Below, one piece after another: positions 37,499 to 49,399 of a stretch of DNA of 64,000 nt (positions within the stretch are counted from its first letter, which is position 1; every line of letters begins with the position of its first letter). The notes beneath the pieces were generated by a model. The model saw only the letters and a program-made list of their open reading frames with translations, made no database searches and was not told where the DNA came from. The stretch is from Octopus sinensis (Eukaryota): positions 6,014,001 to 6,078,000 of the forward strand of contig NC_043016.1 in NCBI RefSeq assembly GCF_006345805.1, given 5' to 3'. The position numbers and the translations under genes were made by a program.

Positions 37499-38327
37499 CA
37501 TACATTATTCATACATACATACATACATACATACATACATACATACATACATACATACGTACATACATACATACATACATGCATACATACATACATACAT
37601 ACATACATACATACATACATACATACATACATACTTACATCCATACATACATAGATACATACATACATAGATACATACATACATACATACATACATACAT
37701 ACATACATACATACATACATAGATACATACATACATACTTACATACATACATACATAGATACATACATACATAGACATACATACATACATACATACATAC
37801 ATACATACATACATACATACATACATACATACATACATACATAGATACATACATACATAGATACATACATACATAGATACATACATACATACATACATAC
37901 ATACATACATACATACATACATACATACATACATACATAGATAACATACATACATACATACTTACATCCATACATAATAGATACATACATACATAGATAC
38001 ATACATACATACATACATACATACATACATACATACATACATACATACATACATACTTACATACATACATACATAGATACATACATACATAGATACATAC
38101 ATACATACATACATACATACATACATACATAGATACATACATACATAGATACATACATACTTACATACATAAATCATCATACATACGTACATACATACTA
38201 CGTACATACCATACATACATACATGCATACATACATACTTACATACATACATACATACATACATAACTACATACATACATACGTACATACATACATACAT
38301 ACATACATGCATACATACACACATACA

Positions 38328-38361
<34 letters not shown>

Positions 38362-38454
38362 CAAAATACATACATAACATACATACATACATACATACAT
38401 ACATACATACATACATACATACATACTTACATACATACATACATACATACATAC

Positions 38455-38485
<31 letters not shown>

Positions 38486-38542
38486 CATACATACATACAT
38501 AGATACATACATACATACATACATACATACATACATACATAC

Positions 38543-38573
<31 letters not shown>

Positions 38574-38847
38574 CATACATACATACATACATACTTACAT
38601 ACATACATACATACATACATTACATACATACATACATAGACACATACATACATACATACATACATACATACATACATACATACATACATACATGCATACA
38701 TACATACATACATACATACATACACACACACACATACATACACACACACACATTCATACATACATACATACATATATGCATACATACATACATACATACA
38801 TACATACATACATACATGCATACATACATACATACATACATACATAC

Positions 38848-38878
<31 letters not shown>

Positions 38879-39152
38879 CATACATACATACATACTTACA
38901 TCCATATATACATATATACATACATACATACATACATACATACATACATACTTACATCCATACATACATAGATACATACATACATAGATACATACATACA
39001 TACATACATACATACATACATACATGCATACATACATACATACTTACATCCATACATACATAGATACATACATACATAGATACATACATACATACATACA
39101 TACATACATACATACATACATACATACATACATACATACATACATACACACA
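37255..39152. repeat. ~1.9-kb (CATA)n microsatellite
   Basis: Direct reading; reverse complement of the (TATG)n tract at 32748-33940. Confidence 0.98.
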
Positions 39153-39609
39153 TACCACGTGGAATTTTGCCGACACGATTATGCTTGAAACTAACAACAC
39201 CGCCACCGACGAAAACAGCGCCACACAGCGGTGAGCTATTTGAGAAGACTCCTCTCGTTTCCTTTGGACTCTACATCTAAACCAACATCTACATCGATGC
39301 TATGAAAAACCCCGTGAAAACCCTTCTCTCGGATATATGAAGTGGTTAAAAAAAAATACTGCAACGAATCTTACCCCCGACTTAAGCACTTTTACTGCGA
39401 AACAACTTTAAGTGAAAAACGACTTGCTCTTGTGAATCCAATTCAATCTTCACAAAACACTGAGAATTGACCAAAATCTGCCAAAAGTGAGATCGAAAAT
39501 AATGTAAGCAAGCCGCTGTAGCAAACTCTAGTGAAGTTCCTTCCTTTATATTAAAGTACATACGAACGTAGCAGGGCGCTGTTTTCGACCCCGTTGTGTC
39601 TACCAGTCC

Positions 39610-39730
39610 GATTGATTGGTATTGGCGCAATTTGTCTTTCACTCTATCGTGCGCCAATATGTAACCCAACCAATCACAGCCTTCAAATAAGTCACGTGAG
39701 ACAGTCCATTCCAAACAAGTATTTAAGCCT
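39610..39730. promoter_or_regulatory. Candidate Pol II promoter: four CCAAT boxes, E-box and TATA-like element
   Basis: ATTGG at 39615 and 39621; CCAAT at 39654 and 39670; GTCACGTGAG at 39691-39700; TATTTAA at 39720-39726; all in unique CpG-containing sequence. Confidence 0.5.
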
Positions 39731-40079
39731 ATCTGTCAACTGTAAAAGCTCACCTTTTCCTAGGTTCGGCATCAGTTGGCTTCAGACTTTCTAAGGTCTA
39801 ACCACTGACCACATTGCAGCGACCTCCATCTTTGCTGCCACCACTGATGTCTCTTACCAACGTCGTCAACATCTACACAGCACCAACACGCTGCACTGGT
39901 TCCTACATCGTTGTTCGTGAGCTTCTCTCCAGGGTTAAAAGCTTACATAAAACCCGTCTGCATGTAGAGATAGGAACAAATGTACATCAACCACTTCCAT
40001 TCAGCTTGTGTATATATATGTGAGGCCTCATTAAAGATATTTAAAGTCACCAGCCTTGTGTTTGTATATTCTTTACCTA

Positions 40080-40118
<39 letters not shown>

Positions 40119-40959
40119 CGAGCAACCCCCCCCCCGTCTAATGGACGGTGCTGAGTTGTCAAACATTTAAACCAAATTCTCTCAAAACAACTTGTCCGAC
40201 CGTCCCATAGGCCTCCCCTTTGACAAACACCGACTTAACCTAAATTTAAGACACCAGCAAAAGAAGATATAAGATAGACTTTTTTTCTATTCCCAAGAAA
40301 AACGATTTTATTCACACAAATATGCAACCGAAGAGTTTAAAGTACCAGTAATGATAAGGCTGTTGACTGGGAGAACACAAACATGGTTTAAACAGTAAGC
40401 TTGGCAGGAAAGAAACGTGCCTTTAAGCAGTACAAAAATAACAAAAAATGGAAGGTGCAGTTAGGTACAGGTGGACGGAAGAAAAGCAGGACAAAAACGA
40501 TGCATGCAAATGGGTTAGCTGGAGAAAAATCTAGATGGAAAAGTATGATGAATTTCTGAGAACGTACCTGGGACAACAATAAGTTTATCCAATAAAACAT
40601 GTAGGAAATCAACTTGGGGCGAATTGTGATGAAAAGCAACAACCTAGGAAATTAAGTAACTAATTTCAAGCTAACTTACTTAACGGGATGTTCAAGAGGA
40701 TGGAAAAGCTAGTGGCTGATATACTTGCGCGTACAAATGCACGTTTCCACGGCTTTATCGATCGCATTCTCACCTGGAATCGATTTTTGTATACTCGTCT
40801 GAACGCCAAAACGTTAACAGAACGAGAACAATAAAGAAGTTTCAATGAAAATAATAATGCAATACGAATGTATTACTTTCCAGTAAAAGATAGTAAAAGA
40901 TGGCGTTCAGACGAATATACTGGTATTGATGTGGCAACATTTGAAATATTGTCTAGGTA

Positions 40960-41032
40960 AATGCAGCTGATGAAGACAAATCAATTTTACGTTGTCAAAC
41001 GTATTTGAAGAGTCAGAAACCGGTCCTGCATT
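40960..41032 (+). ncRNA. Type I hammerhead ribozyme (palindromic helix III ACCGGT)
   Basis: aatgcag-CTGATGA(40967-73)-agac...gtca-GAAA(41016-19)-ccgg-TC-ctgcatt; perfect 7-bp helix I; GUC site, predicted cut after 41025; A-A mismatch at the base of helix II. Confidence 0.78.
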
Positions 41033-41229
41033 ATCCGATTCTAGGTTTTCCATTTATCAGATGTTCTTCCTAGAGGTAAGACAAATTTTTTTCAGGTTTG
41101 TTGCACACACGCGTCTTTGCTAGTAAATACGCAGTGAAGTACAATAGCGTCGTATTTATGTCAATTGCTATTTTCCAGTAAATATGGTGCCTTGTTATAC
41201 CATTTATCTACTTATATATATATATATAT

Positions 41230-41264
<35 letters not shown>

Positions 41265-41290
41265 ATTATATATATATATATATATATAAA

Positions 41291-41445
41291 TTATTTAAAA
41301 GCAGCAGGAATATAACAAAAGCTGTTACTCAGAGTTACACGTTCCCGTACATCGGACAGTTTTTTTTTTTAACAAGCTGTCCGACGAACGGGAACGTGAA
41401 ACTCTGAGTAACAGCTTTTGTTATATTTCTGCTGCTTTTAAATAA
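41291..41445. repeat. 69-bp-arm palindrome made of two inverted Penelope-type termini
   Basis: Arms 41291-41359 and 41377-41445, 17-nt spacer; the + copy continues to about 41520. Confidence 0.9.
41374..41417 (+). ncRNA. Minimal hammerhead variant with CCGACGA core
   Basis: aagctgt-CCGACGA-acg ggaa cgt-GAAA-ctc t gag-TA-acagctt; 7-bp helix I; U4 replaced by C. Confidence 0.6.
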
Positions 41446-41526
41446 AGCATATTACTCTACCTCTGGTATTTGAGTACTCTTTTTCCACCTTGTTTCACAT
41501 TTATGTGCTTACTCCGGTATATATAT

Positions 41527-43593
41527 AAAAATTCCCTATTTCGTTCCCCTTGCTCGGGTCCTTTCTGATCAACGTCACCACCCCGCGACTCGCAGACTTG
41601 GGAATTCTCCCATTCTGCTGCAAATTGGCGTAGACGCTGGCCAGCAGGTGCCCGAACAAGTCTGGCATACTCTTGTAAAATTCATAAGGCATTCGTCCAG
41701 TACCTCGATCACTTCCTTGGCTGTGATTGGCCCTTCACCGCACCCAGCTTCTCGTGCCGAGAGACGCGGGCCGCCAGACAGGAAGTCTGGCGGCCATGAT
41801 CCAGAGCCCCGCTCCTCCCGAACAACTCGGCAAAATGCTTGTAAAGCGCCTCACATATCTCGTCCTGTCCATCGACTGAACACCCATTGTCATCAACAAA
41901 GACTTAATTGTGGCATCATTGCCACGTTGGGTTTCTACCGTACGGGCCCATCCGGCAACATTAATTCCCTCACGGCCCAATGCGCGCACTTTAGCCCGAA
42001 CTCTGCACCCTCATGTTTGGCTTTGAGGTGACGGTCCATGGCCGTTCTCGCTGCCAAAATGTGAGATGCAGAGCCGAATCTCAACGTCTCCTCTAGGTCC
42101 TTAACTAATTGCCCTTTTATTCTGGCCTTATCTAGTCTTAGCTGTCGGCTAAACCTAATAGACTCAAAACGAATGGTTCTCTTGAGGGCGAACCACCATT
42201 GGTTATTAACCACAGCGCAGTTAACGCCCTCTTTACTAATTCCTTAATCCGGATACGGTATGCCATGCAAGTCAAAATAGACTTGTTCAACTTCCAGTAG
42301 CCGGATCCTCTCTTAACTGTACTATCTATGTCCAGTCTACACTTAACCATTCTATGGTCAGTGTAAGGTACTTGGACAAGCTGTGGACAGCTAAAACTAG
42401 ACTTATCTCCAGTTCTTATCACTATCCTATCTTAGACTTGAACGTTCCGTCGCCACTAATCCAGGTCTACTCCAGGACGCTCGGAGGTTTAAGCCCGTAG
42501 CGATCCGCTAGCTGAAAACGCTTAAGCAGATCTACAAGACATGAGTTCACTTTCCTACCGTTCGAACCAACGTTATCGATGCGTGCGTCAACGATAGCGT
42601 TATAGTCTCCTAACATCACTAATGTCTTCGACGTCACGAGAAAGTTTTCTAGGCGCCGATAAAAATCAGTTTGAAATCCTCTAGCACAAGGTGCATAGAT
42701 CTCGATCAACCCGAAGGCCTTATTACTGTATGTCACATCAAGGACGACCAGCCCACCTTCTGGGTCTACATAGACTGTACTTGTCGAGGAAACAAGCTTG
42801 CTTCCACTTCGAGCTCAGACCACACACATTCAAACAGCCAAGGTTAAGTGTAACCATTACCCCACCCCACAAAAAAAACAAGGAAAAAAAGCAAGGATTC
42901 TACTTACCCTTAGCTGGTGATGTTGAGGTTACCTCATAACCCCCTTCGTTTTCCGGTGGCTCACTGAGTACTCTTGGGTCCTTTCCTCTGATTCAGATCT
43001 GACCTCAATCGTGCCATACATTCGGCCCCTCACTATATATTTTACATCCTTCTATATTGGGGCCAAGCATTTTTCTATATTGTTTTGTTGAAAATTTCAT
43101 TCTTCCAAAAAGCTCACCGAACTTTTCTTTTGGTATTACAATGTTTTCTGTTGCCACCGCGGCAACTGCAGCGAATCTCCTCATCGGCTGCACGTTTTCA
43201 CTACTCTCTTCGCGGGTACATTTTTCATGAATTCTTTCGACCGACATGCTCGGCCGAAATCAATTCAAAAACAGCAAGCAATTTCCTCGAAAAGGAAAAC
43301 CTATAATAAGTTTTTTTTCTTCCTCTAAAAGAGAACACAACAGTTCAAATCCCGCGGGGTGCAACAATAAAGCCTACAAAGGCCTTACAAAGTTTAATTT
43401 TTCAAAAAAATCGTAAATAAAATTGCCAAAATGGCTTCACAAGAAAACAATTCAACAAAAGTTCAACAGTCAACAAATCCAATCTAGGATTCAACAATTA
43501 AAAGTTTCAACAAATATCAAAAACTCCTCGCCAGCAAACCAAAAACACGCCCGACAACAAGACCGGAAGATTCATAAGCCTTAAAATTCACTC
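41527..43593 (-). mobile_element. L1/Tx1 LINE 5' half: 5'UTR, short ORF1 remnant, EN and linker, truncated at the start of RT
   Basis: ORF2 start MVTLNLGCLNVCGL (ATG 42857); IEIYAP, LVMLGDYNAIVD, YTDHRMV, GSGYWKLNKSIL, GVVTLIRKDPSKGNEIGNF. Confidence 0.9.
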
Positions 43594-43774
43594 AACGACG
43601 CTGTTAGTAGCCTGCGCTCCTAACCACTACAACATATGCCCGTGAGCAATTATCGAGTGAATTATAAAGGCTTATGAATCTTCCGGTCTTGTTGGCGGAC
43701 GTGTTTTTGGTTTGCTGGCGAGGAGTTTTTGATATTTGTTGAAACTTTTAATTGTTGAATCCTAGATTGGATTT
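43475..43774. repeat. ~120-bp inverted duplication of the Tx1 5' end flanking a tRNA-like fragment
   Basis: Arms 43475-43593 and 43655-43774; spacer minus strand gggcatatgttgtagtggttaggagcgcaggctactaac. Confidence 0.85.
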
Positions 43775-43854
43775 GGAGAATGTGCGTCAGTTTCTTTTGC
43801 CCTTTCTCCGTGAAACCGAGTTTTTCTAGTTAATTGTTTTGTTTTGTTTTTTGT

Positions 43855-44900
43855 CTGCACCTATAATGATAGGTACAAATGAGAATTTATAATCTGGATA
43901 CAAGAGCTGTATGTAAGGGATCTTTTCGGTTTGACCGGTAGTTTTTTAAAAATAATTTCCACGTAACTAAACACTTTTAAACTTCGTATACTGGTAGAAT
44001 GTGTTTATAAAACATCTTTTTCTCTTGGCTTTATTGAGAAAATTCTATAGTTTGTAAGATATTTGTTGTTGTTTTTCTTCAATTTCTGCAATTTCAACCA
44101 ATCAATGACGTCTATTGAGGTGAAAACATTCTGTGCGTATGAATATGCCCCTCGTTTAAAAAACAGATTGGGTTTATTTACATTTGTGAAGAAAAAAAGA
44201 TACCTTTCCTCCCACCCCTAACTCTAACCCTAAAAGAGATTGAAATGCAATAGATCGATACTAGGGTCATAATTATGGGTAACAATTTCATACGACACCG
44301 CTAGAAAAACTGCCGTTCAAACCGAAAAGATCCTATGTAAGTTCCGCATTAATTCGCCATGAGTGTTCCCTTTTCCCCTGGACTTTTAATTGTACTTTCA
44401 CGTCTGCTGGGCAGCCGACCTCTAAAACGGTGCCTGACTTTTGTTCCTTTTCCCACAGATCACTAACAGGTCTGTTATGTTTGTACTGAACTGATGTCTT
44501 TATTTTGGTATTCCACCAGTATTCCTTGTTTTTAAAGGTTGTGAATACCAACTGTTTCTGACATCCCTTTGATGTACACGTCAGGGCGGTCCTTCCTGCG
44601 GATAGCTATATCATGCCTCAGGGGCTGGGAGTATCTCATAGACATTTTAGAGCAGCTGATGATGATGTGAGTTATATCCCCTGCATTGGTATAGCAAAGC
44701 CGACATTTTTTTTTTATCAAAACGTGGTGGTTTGGTGGTATCTTTATCCTTACTGTTTATCAGGTATTTAGTAGCTATCTCCTGTTCCTGGTAGATACGA
44801 TGCTGCCGTTATCCTCTCGTTTACAGGGTATATACTCATGCCTTGATTTTTGCTGGTATGGTGTGTACTTCTCCAAGCTTCTGTTTAGTTAAGCCAGACC
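43855..44900 (-). mobile_element. R4/Dong-clade C-terminal fragment, same family as 36700-37205
   Basis: KCRLCYTNAGDITHII.SCSKMS.RY..PLRHDIA; EYWWNTKIKTSVQYKHNRP; LEVGCPAD. Confidence 0.85.
43918..44333 (+). mobile_element. GGATC-TIR MITE with perfect 8-bp TSD, inserted in the R4 element
   Basis: TSD tatgtaag at 43910-43917 and 44334-44341; ends ggatcttttcgg / ccgaaaagatcc. Confidence 0.92.
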
Positions 44901-44991
44901 AACCTCTTAGAGTAGCAAGAGACAGTTGTATTCTCGAGTATAAATGTATGTGTGCGTGCGTGAGTGTGTATGTATGCGTGTGTGTGTGTGT

Positions 44992-45043
<52 letters not shown>

Positions 45044-45074
45044 GTGCGTGTGTGTGTATAAGTGTGCGCATGGA

Positions 45075-46770
45075 ATATAAGCTATAGTTGACATTACCGA
45101 CCTGGACAAAACAGAGGACATCAGGAAAACTGCAATCATTGACAGGGAGCTCACACTGCTGAATGTAGACATCACTGCCCTGCAAGAGACAAGACTTGCT
45201 GACTCTGGTTCCATTAGGGAAAAACAATTACACATTCTTCTGGAAGGGCCTTGGGGAAGACGAGAGGAGAATCCATGGTGTGGCATTCGCTGTACAGAAC
45301 AGATTGCTGAACAAGGTCAGTACTCCTCGAGGCATATCTGAGCGCATCATTATCATGGAAGTGGGGACTAAAACTGGAAGGCCCCATCTCATTGGTGCCT
45401 ATGCTCCGATTCTAACAGCAGAATATGAGAAGAAAGATCAGTTTTACGAGGAACTTCAGGATGTGATCAACAGTGTCCCAAAGGCAGACCAACTCTTTCT
45501 CATGGGCGATTTCAATGCAAGAGTAGGCGCTGATCACCAAGCATGACCCAACTGCCTTGGACAGTTTGCACTCGGGAAAATCAATGAGAATGGCCAGAGA
45601 CTTTTAGAATCCTGCACAAATAACAACCTGTGCATTGCAAACACCTTCTACAATGGCAGAGACTGGCATAAAGTTTCTTGGTGCCATCCAAGATCAGGTC
45701 ATTGGCACCAGATTGACCTCGTCATCGTCAGAAAGAATGATGTCAACACTGTGAAGCAAACAAGATCCTTCCACAGTGCAGATTGTAACACAGATCATCT
45801 GTTGGTTACAGCCAAGGTAAAGATGGTCACAAAGAAAACACCAAGAGCCGAAAACCCAAAGAAAATAAGATCAACACAAAAAATACCTAAGATCCAGCGA
45901 CGAGAACCAAATTTCAAGAATATGTTGAAGAACAGCTCCAAAACTTAGATAGCTCATCCCCTGACGACATGTGGAACAACATGAAATTAGCGATATATGA
46001 TTCTGCATCGAGGGCCTTTGGAACGGATCGACTTTCCAAGGAGGATTGGATCGAAGCCAATGTATCAATACTTATGCCATTATTTGATAAAAAGAGTAAG
46101 ATCTTCATAAAGCACAATAGAAAGCCAAAGTAACAGCTACATGCTGCAAAATCTAACCTTCAAAAAGAAACTAGAAAATGTGCCGACCACTACTGGGATA
46201 AATTATGCTTAGAAATTCAACAGGCGAGTGACATGGATAACATCAGGAAAATATATGAGAAGATTAGAGTTGCTATCGGACCAACAGTGAGTAAAGTGGC
46301 ACCTGTCATGTCTGCAACAGGTGACCAGCTGACGGACAAGAAGAAACAAATGGAAAGATAGGTGGAACATTACTCTCAATTGTACACAAAGGAGCGAGAT
46401 GTTGATAGGCAGTTTGATGAGGCCATTCCTCAGCTCCCCGAAAAGACAGAACTTGAAATACCACAAAAAAAGGATGTCAGCACCTGGGAAGAGAGGGCTG
46501 AGGACAGAACATGGAGGACTGCGGTGAAGGAAGGAACTGCTTCGCTGGAGAGCAGATACAGAAACAAGTTGAGAAGCGTCAGCGGCGAAAGGAAAACAAC
46601 AGAAAGGTAGAGCGCCGAGCCACCGTCTTTGTATGCAAGTACTGAGATAGAAGCTGCACTTCAATCATAGGAAGAATCAGCCATCAAAGAAGCTGCAAGA
46701 AAGGGAGCCCCTGATATGCTCAATTAAGTGACCTCTAAGCTAGATTGACCGACTGCATAGACGAAAAGGG
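45075..46770 (+). mobile_element. RTE LINE with EN and linker joined directly to the 3' end (RT deleted)
   Basis: RKTAIIDREL..LNVDITALQETRL; HGVAFAV; IGAYAP; LMGDFNARVG; HWHQIDL; HSADCNTDH; EHYSQLY; jump at about 46470 to the C-terminal WEERAEDRTWRTAVKEG. Confidence 0.88.
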
Positions 46771-46884
46771 CCAATTATATTAGTTGTATATTTGCTGAAA
46801 TTTGTAATCAAGGGAGAGAACTGGTATAAATAAGTTGCATTTATTTCCCTTCCCCGACGCGTTGCGGTTTGTCTTTTGTAAAAT

Positions 46885-47655
46885 TAATTACCTCCGCCAA
46901 GGAAGGAGGTTATGTTTTCATTGGCGTTGGTTTATCCGTCTGTGTGCCGAATAACTCAAAAAGTTGTGAAGGGTATTTGATGAAATGTTGGTAATGACAC
47001 AAGGAACAGATGATGAAATTTTGGTAGTGATCCGGGAATTTTTATGGATTCTTGAAGGATTTTTCATTCGTTATATTTACTTTACATGAAGTATTAGTTA
47101 CGTTCTTTGATTATCTCCCTTGGAAACACATCGTTTCCTCGTAGCCTATGGTGGCGTTGCTGTTTAGAGACAGTGTTGATGATGACGATGGTCGAGATAA
47201 GTGTGGGAGGAGGATAAAATAATATCGGTGGTTATAATGGCAACAGGAGCAGTGTGATGTGTGATGCTGAGGTGATGGTGGTAATAGTGGTGTTGGTGAT
47301 AGTGTTAGTTGTGTGCTGGTGGTATTGCAGTGGTTATACTGGTTGTGGTGGTTAAAGTGACTGTCAAGGTAACCGTTATGATAACGTTGATGCTGGTGTA
47401 TGTGGTTGAAGTGGAAGCAATGACAATGCTGCTGATGATGATGTTGGTGGCTGTGAACTGCCTCAGATGATTCCTGTTTTTAAAGGGGTTTTTTTTCTTC
47501 AGATCGTATGGCTGTGTTATTTTTTTTTTTACCCCTACCAAGGAGGTTATGTTTTTGCCGGCGTTGGTTTGGAAAATTGGGCGATTTTCAGCATACGGGT
47601 ACATGGGTGGAAATGAGCTGCTTATTGGTCTGCACTCTCCGGATGCTTTTCTAGT
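46885..47655 (+). mobile_element. Non-autonomous Helentron/DINE-like element(s)
   Basis: Head ttacctccgccaaggaaggaggttatgtttt (second head at about 47530); 3' gtctgcactctccggatgcttttctagt. Confidence 0.6.
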
Positions 47656-47879
47656 TTTTTATGTGATGTTTGGGAGACAACTTTTGTACAATTACTAAAT
47701 GCACAGGCACACACATACACACACACAGAGTCATACGCACATTCACTTTACCAGATTTTATTTATCACTGACAAAAATTATTTTAATTTATCAAGGAAGA
47801 ATACAATTCACACAAGTAGTAATAGAATCCACTGACTGGAAACCTTACTCGAATTCTTCTGACAACGTGGATCCCAAGC

Positions 47880-48380
47880 AGCATAGATGGCGGTGTTAAA
47901 CTCATTGATGGATTAAGTGTACGATCTGCTAATTCCCTGAGTTCTGGAGCCATTGGGGTTATCCATAAGGGGTGGAAAGAGACCAGATGGTCTTACCCAC
48001 TGTCCCTGTGTTAAAGGTAGGTGCCTCATTTGGGATGCTACATTCTGCGACTCCTTTACTCACTCCTGCATCCTGGATGCTGCATTAAATGGGAAGGTTA
48101 CTACTTCCGTAGTCGAATGGAACAAAACCCTGAAGTATCGGAACCTGAAAGGGAACTATCTCTTCCAACCTGTGGTGTTTGAGACATTCGGAGGGACTGG
48201 GCCACTAACCGTGTAGTTCTTGTCAACGTTGGCAGCTCACCTCACCGAGGTGTCAGGTGATGTCCATGAGGGCGCTTGGCTTTCCCAACACCCTAGCCTC
48301 GCCATCGCCCATGGTAATGCTGCGAGCATGCTTGCTTCAGTAGGTTCTGCTGAACTTTGTGGTGTGCAACCAGTTGAAGT
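47880..48380 (+). mobile_element. CRE-like non-LTR element, RLE domain fragment
   Basis: GGKRPDGLT..PCVKGRCLIWDATFCD...KTLKYRNLKGNYLFQPVVFETFG...GAWLSQHPSLAIAHGNAASML. Confidence 0.8.
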
Positions 48381-49399
48381 GCTTGGTACTGCATTGTTGG
48401 GTTTCTCTCTCTCTCTTCCCCACAAAGGGTTGCAATACAGTTTTAGCAGAAAAGATCGGTTACAGCAAATATTCTGCTCAATACCACAGATTTGCTTGGC
48501 TTTAACTAGATGAGCATGTCCCTTGGTGGCTGATGATGTGTGCATCTCTGATCACATGCAGAAGTAGTGGGGGAGCATCATAGCCATGTGTTGTGAGGAA
48601 TTCTTTGGGTTTGAATAATTCACCCCTGCAATCATGGGTGTTTTATTCATCATATTTAAACAAACCTTATTCAAGGACATTTTGACCAGGATGGGCCTGA
48701 GGAAAATTCTAACTGGACCCCCACCTGCAAGGTCATGCACTGTTGATCTTGATATGTCACACACATATGATTGTGATGCATGCTCCTAGTGTACCCTTAT
48801 CAGACAGGTAGTCGTGATGGATATACTGGCCTTTGCATATTTTACCCCGGTGTCACTTTGATGGCATGCACTGCTCGCTCACTCAATAATAATAATAATA
48901 ATAATAAATTTTGAGGGAACCCCAATATTTCACTGGTACTTATTTTATCAACTTCAAATGGATGAAAGGCAAAGTCACCTTGGCAGAATTAGAACTCAGA
49001 ATGTAAAAACTTTGTAAAAAAAACAAAAACAAGAACAACAAATAAAAGAAGTAAAATAGTCTTTATTTGGTGAAAACATTTTCAGAAGAATGAAACGTCA
49101 ATGAGAATGCTTTATAACGGAAGTTGGTGGACACATCGAGTTTTGAACTGTTCCCTGCCACACACAGAACCTGAAGATATGACAACATATATATATATAT
49201 TATATAAGATGTTATTAACATTAATGAATTGTACAGAGAGGAAGGGGGAGAAAAGGGGGGGGATAAAGGGAAGGGAAGGAAATAAAAAAAAGGAACGAAA
49301 AGAAATGAGAGAGAGAGAGACAGAAGTGCAAAGAGAGAGAGAGAGAATGATAGAAATAGAGAAAAATAATTTAAGAATGTTCTCCAGTTAACATGAGTT

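Noticed and set aside
37162-39224. Many overlapping YVCM/HTYI ORFs
   Set aside because: Same artefact from (CATA)n.
43603-43641. Functional tRNA gene
   Set aside because: Only the 5' half (A box and anticodon arm) is present; there is no T arm or B box. The other tRNA-like sequences in the window are SINE heads.
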